Source: Dudresnaya verticillata (Eukaryota). From it: a stretch of DNA of 64,000 nucleotides. The notes below the pieces were generated by a model that worked only from the letters and a program-made list of their open reading frames with translations, ran no database searches and was not told where the DNA came from. A program made the position numbers and the translations under genes. The stretch covers positions 1,860,001-1,924,000 of the forward strand of contig OZ374562.1 of assembly GCA_977862235.1 (NCBI GenBank), in the 5' to 3' direction. This document shows, in pieces, positions 1-10,800 of this stretch; positions within the stretch are counted from its first letter, which is position 1, and the number at the start of each line of letters is the position of its first letter.

Positions 1-743
1 TAGATGCTATCCGCGAAACGACTCCGTGGTCTACGTGAAAATAATCGAGAAATACGAATTTCGAAATGACTCCGTGAATGCGCACGCCACGATGGCAAAC
101 GGATTACACTGCGCATACTGTGCGCGCCACGATGGCATTCGCATTACAGTGCGCACCCGATAGGAAATCGCTGACACCTTCGTGACTTTCCCGTTGTTTC
201 CCGCGCGTAACGGCACCGGGGCCCACGAGACACGCGCACCTCCGTATGCATCCCTGGCGCACTTCGCAACCACCACCATACGTGAGGCGACCGTTCGTTG
301 GCACCGAGGCCGTTACGAATCATTCGATTACGAACCGTCTCCCGCGTTGACGCGCATTCGTGCTCACGTAGTACTACTTAGCCAGTCGTCTGGCACAACC
401 TCCGAGGGTTTCCGGTAAGCGACTAGCGCCCAGACCTCGGAGTCTTCGGTAAACGCCTGTTTCTTCGAGTTCGGTGTCTTCGTCTTCGTGACTGCGGATA
501 CGGTCGAGCCTCGCTTTAGATAGCCCGCGCACCCGGAGTCATCCCCGGTGATCGATCGCTCGAGTTCTCCCTTCCGTACACGAATACGTTGACACCGTGG
601 TCATTTCGTGTTGGTCGCTCCGCTCTACCACGCTACCACCCCTTTTCGTTTCTCCGTTAGGTTAGAGGCCATTCGTTAGGCTCCGAGGCCATTCCTTACA
701 GTGCGAGACTTCCCCGCGTCACCGTGGACTTCTGTATACCACA
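1..743. mobile_element. Probable partial LTR or other insertion truncating the downstream transposase
   Basis: No credible ORF. Ends in ...ATACCACA at 743, directly followed by in-frame transposase codons (ISVDGTDF). No partner LTR is seen in the window. Confidence 0.35.
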
Positions 744-1223
744 ATCTCAGTGGATGGCACTGACTTCCGTATCTATGAACCAGCGCCGTTTATCCCAAAA
801 TGGTACTCTCATAAGTTCAAGGGCCCGGGGCTACGCTACGAGGTAGGTATTTGCATTCATACTGGACATATATTATGGGTGTTTGGGCCGTTCCCCTGCG
901 GTTCGTTCCCGGACTTGACCATCTTTAGGTTGCGCATGAAGCAAGCTCTCCAGGCCGGGGAGAAGGCAGTGGCTGATGGTGGTTACAAGGAAAGTTCCTG
1001 TGTATTGCCGGACAAAGTAGACGGCGAAAAGGGGAGGGACTTGGCTACAGTTCGTGCTCGGCACGAGACCGTTAATCGACGCCTCAAGAAATTCTTTGTC
1101 CTAGGACATCGCTTCAGGCACGATCTTTCTCTACATTCTGTTTGCTTTCATGCAGTTGCTAACATTACGCAACTGATGATAGGGTTCGAAGACCCACTTT
1201 TTGAGGTCGAGTATATTGAATAG
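744..1223 (+). pseudogene. 5'-truncated PIF/Harbinger/ISL2EU-type DDE transposase (DDE_Tnp_4-like)
   Basis: Motifs VDGTDF, YSHKFK, GPFPCG..PD, ADGGY and RARHETVNRRLK. The N-terminal part is missing. Confidence 0.8.
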
Positions 1224-2067
1224 ACAGTTCTTCCGGAGAAGAGCGCACGATGTGCGTTTCAAAGTATGTCCTCAACATCCGGTCTGAACTGATGCCACGG
1301 CATGCCAATCGTACTGTATCGTAAAAAAATAATATTCAAGATATATCCTCACATTAATTTAAATGGAACACGTGGGACTTTTGCTTTTTTCCCGCATCTC
1401 CCTGCAATAGGAAGGCTCCTCTGTGGTAGCACTGCTAATGGGGGTGGGTCGCCGTCGTGCGGTGCCGTCACATGCCACCCACGAAAGCATAACGCATAAC
1501 GCGTAACGTCTCACTAGCTGTAATGTCGCAGAGGCGTTTGGACACAAGGCCGCCGTCCGGCAATAGTTTGGGGAGATGGACACGCCAGCAGGGTGTGTGG
1601 GGCTCTGAGGGCCTGTCGGAACAGCGAGCTTTTTGCTCCCCCTTGCGACTTGGCACAATGCCACTGGTGCGCCGGCACTTTGCCGGTGATGCGCCAATGT
1701 TAAAATAATCAACGCTCGAACCGCGCTCGAGGCTCAAAGCTTACAGTCCTGCGCGGGGGCAGCAGTCCGTCGGAACCCTTGTCGCGCTCAGAGGCAATGC
1801 CCTCCACGCTCCGTGACAATGCGCAGACACTTGTCGGGTTTCCGTGCGAACACCGGATCCAGATCGAGTGTTCAAAAAATACAAAAAGTGCGCTCCCCTT
1901 CTCGGAAGCTCTTGAAGCCCCGCTCCGGCAAACACGAAGCAACCCACGCCCCCAACCCGCGACGACATTCTGCAAGACCCCACATTCCTACCTGCCTTCT
2001 ACTTTTTGCTCGCGGATGCCCCGCGGTTATAACCGCAAGCGTCTTTACCCTTCTGCTTGTCCGCAAC

Positions 2068-3260
2068 ATGTCGCGTCGCGACGAAGCGCCTGAAGAGCTA
2101 CATGGCGACACGGCTTCCTCTCCACTTCCCAGGCGATCCCCACGACTAACCCGCAAGCGCCCGCGAGATGATACTAACTCTCTAGACGAACGCCCAGGTC
2201 CTGTGTCCCCGATTAAGTATGGTTCTATTGATCAAGGTGCAGTTGTCATTGAGGGACCGCCCTCCATTTCTGGAGATCCAACTATTGCCCATGTGTACAA
2301 AGCCCCCATCGAGCTCACAAAAAACGACCTCAGATCTATTGCAAGGGTATGGAATCAAAAGATCAGTGGTGCAAAGAAAATAGTCGTCTGCCGGCTTTAC
2401 CGCTACGTACAGTATCAGGCTCAAGACCTTCAAAGCGATATTTCAGTCGTGGTGCTCAGCTACAAATTCTTCCCAGACCTCAACGAGCGCAAAAAGGCAT
2501 GGGCAGAACAATGCGATGAGCTACAAACCCCTGCGTCCGACGAGGCCATCGCATTCGAGCTGGAGAAGAGCGGTGACCCGGCCGAGAGCTCCTTTCAGCC
2601 TTCTCCAACTCCAGATGCTTTACCATCACAACCTGGGCGGTCTGAAGATACGGAAGAATTGCTGAACCAGCCCGGCCCTGGGCAAGGTGAGGAGTCCCCA
2701 TTCTAACTGGCGACGCAGCGACTCCTGACTTTTCTATTTCTGAATTTGCTCGTTTGATGGTGGTTATTAGGGAAGACGCAGTGGCTAGGCGAGCATTGTT
2801 TTTACTTTCGCAGGAGACGAGCCGGTTGCAGTTGGATGCAGGCGTCTCACGGGACGACTTATGGGCAACAATAGCAGGTCGTTTCAACGACTCCTCTTTG
2901 CGGCCGCACCTTTCGTTTTCTGGTTCTGTGGACGAAGCAGATCCGTCGATTTTGCCCCTCGCAGAGCGCAGCGCTGGGGCCTTGAAGTCCTATTTTCAAC
3001 AGGCGAGATCCAAATTCATGTTGTTTAAGGAAAGGTGGGCAGTATCAGGGAACAACGACCCGGCAACTTTCCCAAACGTTCTAGTAAGGACTGGGCAAAG
3101 GCTCACAACGATGTCAAAAAGGGCATGGATAGTTTTCGTTGTCGCGCGCGTAGGGACTGCAAACGAAGACGCGGAGTTTCTACAGAGCACATCTAAGGCT
3201 ATGGCCCCAGGAGTCGGCTACGAAGAAGGTGTGGAGATGCGAACAAGTGACGAGGACCGT
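2068..3260 (+). pseudogene. Disrupted transposon accessory protein, resembling Harbinger ORF2 (Myb/SANT-like)
   Basis: ATG at 2068 and a frame change near 2700. The segment FARL..RLQLD..LWATIAGRFND..W..SGNND resembles Harbinger-associated ORF2 proteins. Protein-like character is lost near 3260. Confidence 0.45.
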
Positions 3261-4331
3261 CACAGGCGGGTGCGTCGCCACTGCGCCACGATAGCGGTCG
3301 TCTCGGCGCGGGGCTTGCGTGAGCCGCTGCTCAGGTGCAATAGGCAAGCGTGCAAATCCCATGTGGCGCCCCGGCGCCGCTGCGCGGCATGTCGCCTTGG
3401 CATGGGGGAGACCACAGTGGCTGCCCTTGCGCGCCCGTCCTGGGCGCCTGGTGCCACGGCGGCTAGCTTCGGCGAGGCCGCTGCCTCGCACCCACTTGCC
3501 GGCGGCGTGCCGCTTCTGGCCACTCGATCAGCCGCTGCTGTTGCTCCCGCCGGGAGGCGGTTTGCGCCCAAATTATAGCCAATCGTTGCATTGGCTGTTG
3601 CCTTCCGGCCCGCTGGCCTGGTTGGGTGTTTCCCGACCCGCGGCTACAGTACGTACTCTAGCCGGAACACTTTTCGCGCTCGATGCGCTGCGTGCGCCCC
3701 ACGCCGAGGCGTACCCCAAAAGTGACGTTCGCTTTTGGGGTGCCGTTACGCATCGAGTGCAACGGCACTTAGGTGCACCCGAATGAGGTGGCGATCGGGC
3801 CGCTGCCCTTTGTCCCACACCACTTCGCTTCGACAGCGACGGCCTTGGGCGCGTCGACGCGCCCGCTCCGCACTTACGCTTGTGTGACCCCTCCTCGCTC
3901 AGCAGACGCTGCGGCTGGCGCGTAGGGTTGCACTGCCATGAGCGACGGTAGCGCCGCGTGTGCGGCGCTGGTTAGCGGCTTCGGTAGCCGCTGGTCAGCG
4001 CCCCTTTCCGTGCGTGCGTGAGGCGTCGACGCCTGTCACGCGCGAAGGCGAGGTATCGGCTGCGTCTCCTCGCCGCTTACGAGTGCGTGCAACCAGCCCG
4101 GGGCCGCTGCCCCAGGCTTGGTTTGCTGGCAGCTGCCCTGCGCGCATCGATGCGCCGGAATCAGCGTTCTGCTGCCCCCCTCTTGCGCTGCTGCTGCTGC
4201 TGCTGGCACAAGGGTGACCTGTCTGGGCTCGGTGCCCAGTGCAGGGTAGGGTGAGGCATCGATTGCCTTTGCAAAAAGGCAACGAATGCCTGCGGCCCCC
4301 TCCTCAAGCGCGAGGCGCCCCCGCCGAGGGG

Positions 4332-6002
4332 TTATGAGGAGGAGCGAACGGCTTCGAGCCGGTTGGTGTTTCGCCGCCGCTGCGATGCGAAATAGTGGCT
4401 CACCATCTCCTCGGGGAGATGGGAACGTGGCTCCCACGTCGGCTTGCGATAGCCGGTCCACTTCACCTTGAACACGAGCGTGCCATCGTCGGCTGTACCG
4501 TGGTCAAGGACCTTATCCACCACGAACCGCGGGCCGTCGACGGCTTTGGATGCGAGTTCCTCAGTGGTGGGTAAGTAGGCGCTGCGCTGCGCAGTATCCT
4601 CCCGCAGCGGCGGGGGACAGTAGACGGCGCGGTCCGCTGCGATGCGTTCGACCAAGCCGCCTCTGTCGATAAACAGCGTGCGCTTGTCATTAAGTAGCAC
4701 GCGGTAGGGCCCTATCGCTGGGCTCTGGATCTTCTTGGGTTTCTTAACCCCGTCGCTCGAGTCGATGAAGACGTAGTCTCCCGCTCGAATGCGGGAGTTG
4801 ACGCGTCTGAAACGCTTGTTGAAGTCTTTCTTGTAACGCCGCTGTGTTTTGTCGAGAGCGCTCGATGCGCTTGCGAAGGCGGCGTCGAGCCGCTTGAGGA
4901 AGTCCGCGCGCACGTCCTCACTAGGCTTCGGTCTGGCCGCTGCCTTATGAAACTTAGTGAACTCCGGCGGCGGCCGGGACAGCACGAGGCTGAAGGGTGT
5001 CGTCTGCGTCGTGCGATGGACATGGCAGTTGTAGGAATACGTCAACGCCGCTGCGTATCGATCCCAATCGTCCTGGTGATCGTTGATGTAATTCCTCAAC
5101 ATGGCCATGACGGTCCGGTTGTAGCGCTCAACCTGACCGTTCGCCTGCGGGTGGTAGGCGGACGTGAACACGTTGTTCAGTCCGAGGTAGCGGCACACTG
5201 CCTGAAAGAACTTAGAGGTGAATTGCTTCCCGTTGTCGGACAACAGAGACCTCGGTGGTCCATAGTGGAAGATCCACCTCTCACAGAACGCCACTGCGAC
5301 GTGGTACGCTGTGATGGTGCGCAGCGGCGCTACTTGGGTCAGCTTCGTGATTCGATCCGTCATGACGAGCAGGAATCGCTTTCCTGACTTCGTCTTGGGC
5401 AGCGGCCCTAGGATATCGATCGCGAGCGACTCGAGCGGCCTCGTGGCCGGGAACAACTTCAACCGATGAAGGGACCTCCGCAAGCGTATGCGGTTCCTGG
5501 CACAGTGCCGACAGTTCCGAACTGTCATGGCTATGTCCGCTGATATGTGTGGCCAGTAGTAGCTCTCGCGGAGCGTGTAGAACATCCTGTTCTGGCCAGG
5601 GTGGCCAGCCAGGAGGGAGTGGTGCGCGAGCGTGAGAAGCCGCGGCTGTAGCGCTTCGGGCACCACTATTTGCTCCAACGAGGAGATGACGGGGTGACGC
5701 CGGCACAAGAGCCCGTCCTCGTCCTCGAAGAAGTGGCTATCCCGTCGACGGGACTGCCGTGCCAACACTGTTTGGCAAAAAGAATCGCGCCGCTGCGCAT
5801 CCACCAATTCCTCGACGGTTATTGGTGAAGGGAGCTTCACCGGCTCGACCCGGGTGAGGTCCGTCGGCTCTTGGCTCGCGTCCATGCGGCCAAGGTCGAA
5901 AAGGTCGACGTCGTCGCAGTCGTCCCAGGCTTCGTCGTCGGCAAGCCCCGGTGGTTCGTCGCTGTCCGAGGGCTCCTTGGCTTCGCTGGCAGTGCCACCC
6001 AC
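4332..6002 (-). CDS. Gypsy integrase with C-terminal chromodomain
   Basis: HHCC zinc motif (HH..GHPG..CRHC), DDE core (IDILGPL, SDNGKQF, NGQVER), GPY motif, and chromodomain (VKWTGY..TWEP). Confidence 0.92.
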   Translation of the reverse strand: MGGTASEAKEPSDSDEPPGLADDEAWDDCDDVDLFDLGRMDASQEPTDLTRVEPVKLPSPITVEELVDAQRRDSFCQTVLARQSRRRDSHFFEDEDGLLCRRHPVISSLEQIVVPEALQPRLLTLAHHSLLAGHPGQNRMFYTLRESYYWPHISADIAMTVRNCRHCARNRIRLRRSLHRLKLFPATRPLESLAIDILGPLPKTKSGKRFLLVMTDRITKLTQVAPLRTITAYHVAVAFCERWIFHYGPPRSLLSDNGKQFTSKFFQAVCRYLGLNNVFTSAYHPQANGQVERYNRTVMAMLRNYINDHQDDWDRYAAALTYSYNCHVHRTTQTTPFSLVLSRPPPEFTKFHKAAARPKPSEDVRADFLKRLDAAFASASSALDKTQRRYKKDFNKRFRRVNSRIRAGDYVFIDSSDGVKKPKKIQSPAIGPYRVLLNDKRTLFIDRGGLVERIAADRAVYCPPPLREDTAQRSAYLPTTEELASKAVDGPRFVVDKVLDHGTADDGTLVFKVKWTGYRKPTWEPRSHLPEEMVSHYFASQRRRNTNRLEAVRSSS

Positions 6003-6039
6003 TGCAGCCGGTCGATCCGGCGCCTTCCGCGTTGACGCG

Positions 6040-6798
6040 TTGCTCTAGCACCAACGTGGTTAAAGGCTCGATGCCTGCCATGAGTGGGCCCCAATTCCAA
6101 TAGGCAGAGACGGGGCCCTCGTGCTGTTGGGGGGTCGGTCCCCCCTTTGTGTTTTGCCCGTCGAGGACTTGTTGGAGCAACCTGGGGTCAACCCCGTAGA
6201 ACGGATTGGGGTCCCCACTCGGATGTTGCGACCCCGCCGCACTCCTCGGTGGAGATGGCGGTGGTGAAGGAAAGCGATGCCGAGCTCGTTGCTCGGCAAG
6301 TATGGCAACGGCCAATGCTTGAACTGCACCCGCTGGTGACTGCGGTCGCGGAGGAGAGCGTTGCGCCGACGACGGGCCCGTAGCCCGCTGGCGTTGCCGC
6401 GTCGGCGCGCGCTCTATCAACTCAACGCGGCGGCGTAGCTCATCGAGGAGCCCCTGTGACTGGGTTATTCCGTCCTCGATGGACGCCAAAGGACCGCGTC
6501 GAAGCGTGTCCAGGTCTTGCTGGCCGTCGGCCTTCGCCTCAGCTATCGAATCTGTAAGGTGGTTGTACACCTCTGCTAGCGAGTCCATGGTCTCCTCATA
6601 CAGCAGCTGGAGGTCGGCCACCGAGACCAGACTCCCGGCGAGGGCCTTTTGCAGCGCGGCCCTCCGCTCGAGCCTCAAATCGTGTAGAGGAGTACCTGAG
6701 ACGCCGATGGTACTCAGTATTGAGGTGCGACGCGTCGCGTCCTCAACTTTTCCGGCAGCGGCCGATGCGGCAGCGGCCGGGTCAGGAGGACTCGACAT
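6040..6798 (-). pseudogene. N-terminal gag fragment of an internally deleted Gypsy element (protease, RT and RNase H absent)
   Basis: Starts just after the PBS. Coiled-coil then Pro-rich sequence. Abuts the integrase region with no RT in between. Confidence 0.65.
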
Positions 6799-6846
6799 CC
6801 TTTACTTCGATCGCGTCGATGCGAGAAGTACTTGGGTCTCGACGAC

Positions 6847-6864
6847 TTCTAGGTCGGGAGACCA
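6847..6864 (-). promoter_or_regulatory. Primer-binding site TGGTCTCCCGACCTAGAA (possibly tRNA-Tyr)
   Basis: Lies 1 nt after the LTR end. The identical 18-mer follows the 5' LTR at 31381-31398. The tRNA identity is inferred from the ...GGGAGACCA 3' end. Confidence 0.8.
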
Positions 6865-6865
6865 G

Positions 6866-7638
6866 TGTAGTATAGACGTCGGGTCGATCCGACGTCTGAT
6901 ACTTGCTGGTCCGAAGCCGCCACACAGACCCGTCGATGGGTAGCTGTTGGGGTTGGTAGAGCGGTGTCGGCCGCGTGCGCCCCGCAGGTGCGGATCGACG
7001 GCGTCGATGCCGGAGTGCGCACGGGGCGTACCGTACGCGGGTAGGCAGCGGCCGGATCCCAGCGTCCCTGTCGAAGGGCGGCACGAAGCCGACGGAAAGG
7101 AAAAGGAAAGGGGAAAGCCTAGCGAGGCAAGGGGAAAAGGGAAGCGGTCCGCTGGCGTAATGCAAAGGGATCGAACCCGAAAAGGCTGGGGGCAAGCTTC
7201 AGCGCGAGCTGTTGCTTGCCCGGTTTACTGAGCCGTCGATGGCCGACGGTCTTAAATACCCTACACTATGTGCACTACGACTACCTCTACAGTAGGTGCG
7301 CCCCACAACACCAACGCGGGAGGTGTGCGAGCGCGCGCCCATACACGTGTCGACACGTCCGGGTAACGGTTACCCGTGGGCGCGCGCGGGGCGTAACGGG
7401 CAGCGGCCCTCTCAACGGCTCGATGCCGGAGAGCGTCACAGGGGCGCGCCGTGTGCGGCACGGCGCGCGGCCGCTGCCGGCAGCAATGCGGTCGACCGCT
7501 ACTAATTCAACGAAAAAACTAAGGGCACGCTGCCCAACCACGACTCGCCAGCGGGCGTCATCGTGTGCACCATTGCAGTGCGGCGCTGCCATCATACCTT
7601 ACAGCCGCTGCTGATAGTGTGCTGACGGCTATACTACA
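6866..7638 (-). repeat. Gypsy LTR (773 bp)
   Basis: Perfect 10-bp inverted ends TGTAGTATAG...CTATACTACA. PBS on one side and a purine tract (minus strand GAGGGGGGG) on the other. Similar to 63660-64000. Confidence 0.8.
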
Positions 7639-7734
7639 CGGCCCCCCCTCAAGCGTGAGCGCCCCGCTCACGGCCGTTGAGGTTTCCCAAGTCAAAAGGG
7701 GTGCACGGTGCGCGCGCGCGGCGCTGGAGGCGCA

Positions 7735-7890
7735 CGTGGCGCTCGATGCGCACAACGGGCTTCGCTGCCCAAATTGGAAAGGGTCGCACGCGTGCGCGCG
7801 CGCGGCGCACGAAGCGCACGGGCCGTGCGATTGGCCGCGCAATTTCTGCGCCGATTTTTCTCGCCCGAGATCGGCCGCTGCCGTGGTCTC
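7735..7890. repeat. ~155-bp GC-rich unit duplicated at 13117-13266 (tandem repeat split by the Copia insertion)
   Basis: Near-identical sequence CGTGGCGCTCGATGCGCACAACGGG...GATCGGCCGCTGCCGTG on both sides of the Copia element. Confidence 0.85.
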
Positions 7891-10800
7891 TGACCAAAAT
7901 TGCTGTAAATGGAGGTCGAGCGAGTCGAATATTTACAGTTCGGCTCCTCGCACCTCGGGTGATCTCGAGGACCCTGGACTTGCTTCCAAGGGTTGCTACA
8001 TGAATAAACTAGCTGCTGCTGTGCCGTGCCCCGGGGAAGACGGGGGCAATTTGACCTGTGCAAAAAGTGTTCCTTCCCAGCGCTGTGCATGTTTTCCTTC
8101 ATGGTAGCATCGCTGCATGGAGAACTCTAACGCTCTGCCGAAGATAACGGCGCTGAACAAACCGGCGGATTACATTCATTGGAAAAGGCGTCTCCACGCT
8201 TACCTCCGCCGCGACGACCCACAGCTGATCGGCCTCTCCGAGAAGCCGGATGACTCTGCATCCCAAGTAATCAAGTCTTCGTGGTTCAAGAAGTCCACAA
8301 AAGCCAAAAGCAACATTGTGCTGAGCCTTGGACCTGATCCGCTGTCTCAGACGAGGTTGATTATTGACAACGACGATCGGACGGCCAAGGAGCTTTGGAA
8401 CGAACTCGAGAAAATATACACGACAACTTCAGCTCAGGCCATCACAAACCTTCACCAAAAACTTGATGCACTCGTATTCGATGAAAAGAAGGATTGGAGC
8501 AAGCATATCTCTGCTTTTCTCAGTATTTGCGGAGAGCTTGCCACATATGATGCTGAATTAACAGACAAGGACAAGGTTTCAAAGCTTATCCGATCCCTGC
8601 CACGTTCGTTTGATTCCCTCGCTATGGTCGCACATGTCAGCCAGATCGATTTCGACGCTTTGAAGGTCGCAGTGGCGGCAGAGATTGAGCGCCGAGCGAA
8701 TCCAAACAATCCACACCATGACCAAGTCGACGACAAAATCGAGAAGCATGCAAACACTGCCTCGAGAAATGGAAGTTCATCGAGAGGAGGTTTTCGCGGT
8801 CGAGGTCGTGGACGTGGAGGACAGGGACAAGGTCAAGGTGGTGGCAATAGAGATACGAGAACGTGCCACTACTGTGGTAAACCTGGACACTTCATCTCTG
8901 TTTGCCGCACCAAGCAAAATGATGAACGATCTGGCCGAATCAATAAGCCGCATCATGGAGGCTACAGGGGTCGAGGCCGTGGACATCAACAATATGGACC
9001 GTACTACTACGGACCCAGCAGATATCAAGAGGGAACTCAGCACGCCCCACAATATCAGCAATGGCAAGGTGGCAGTCAGCAAAACCAACGAGGACAAAGT
9101 CAAAGCGGTCGTCAAGGTGGTTTTCAGTCTCATATGTCCAACATGCCACCACAAAATGACGGCTCTTTCCAGCTTCCTGACAACCAACCGCCTTCACCCT
9201 TTGACCAAGGGCCTGGAAATTTCAGAGCAAACGTGACTCAGATGTTCAGAAGCACCGTTGCTACGATAGGGAACAAGAAGTCAGATGAGGTCCTGATCGA
9301 TTCTGGAGGAACTCACAATTTCTTCCATTCCAAATCATCATTCTCTACATACGAGCCCATCGCAACGGAAACAGTTCGTGCTGCCTTCGGCACCACGAGC
9401 CTACTGGGAAAGGGCATGGTGTGGTTGCCGCTCAATGGTGGAACTGAAGTTGAGGGTTACCACGCTCCAAGGTTTACTAGCAACATCCTGTCAGTGAGCT
9501 TGTTGGTGGATGTCTTCGATGTCACATTTACATCTTCCTCCAAGGACTATCCGGGTAATCGCTGCCTTATCATGCAGAGGGGCACTTCAACAGTCGTATA
9601 CCAGACGATTTGCCGCAACGGACTTTACGTAATGTCCTTAGACGATTTGAAGGTTGCTGCCGTTGGTGCGCATGCTCCTATACTCGGGAGCAATATCGAT
9701 GCGCAGAACTGGCACAGCAAGGTCGGCCACCCAAGTGCAGAACGCTACAAGGAGCTGTTAATCATATTTGCGGATGTTCCAACGTTTCATCCAGCAGTAC
9801 TACGAACGCTGGACTGTGTACCTTGTATTACGGCAAAGGTACATCGTGCACCAGTGCAGCATGTCGAGCCGTCGACTGCACAACCCCTAGAGGAGATTCA
9901 TTTGGATATATCGGGTCCCTTCACGCCAACGCTTCACGGAGAACGATACGCAGTTCACTTCATGGACGAGCACACCGCTAAGTCTGATGTCCGGATGCTT
10001 AAGGTTCGAAGCCTACTTTATCAAACTCTGAAGGAGTACAAGGCTTTCGCTGAGAACTTCTTCTCCGAGGTGGACCTCCACATTAAACGAATTCGTCTGG
10101 ATCAAGCTGGAGAAAACATGAGCAGTGCTGTTGCAAACTTTTGCGCAGAAGAGGGAATCACAATTAAGCCGTCTCCGCCATATGCTCCACAGAGCGACGG
10201 AATGGCTGAGAGGTTAGTCCAGGAGCACTGGACGCGCGCGCGAGTGCTGATGTTCGCCTCAAAGCTGCCCGATTCTTTATGGGGCGAGGCTTTGTCGCAT
10301 GCCAACTGGCTCCGCAATCGCCTTCCCGCGTCGCGACTCAAGGGCGGAATCCCAATTCTTGCCTGGAACCCGCGCACTCGTATCGACTTTGCCAGTTTGC
10401 TGAATTTCGGCCAAGCCGGTTTCGCTTTCATTTACCGCCCAACTACAACACCACGGAAGAAGCTGCTTCCGCGTTCGGAATTTGGACACTTCGTCGGTCT
10501 CCAAGGTGACCAAAGACTCATCCGTGTCTTTATTACATCTTCCAAGACTATTCGCGTGGTTCGCCGTGCGGATTTTCGTACTGTTTCCGACAACAAGTTG
10601 CCGAGCATATATACTCTCCTCGACGGGCTATCGCGACAGCACTCCATAGAAGCTGAAGAGGGAGTGGGTGATACTCAAAATGCAGAAGCACATTTGGTTC
10701 AGTGTCTATCCGCTATCCACGAAGCACAACCCAATCTTTCGCATCCTGTCATCGACCCAGATGACACACCATCCAACTTTGCAGACGCTTGCCAGGACCC

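Noticed and set aside
4293..4312. PPT-like tract after the integrase as the start of a 3' LTR
   Set aside because: The adjacent sequence does not match the 6866-7638 LTR.
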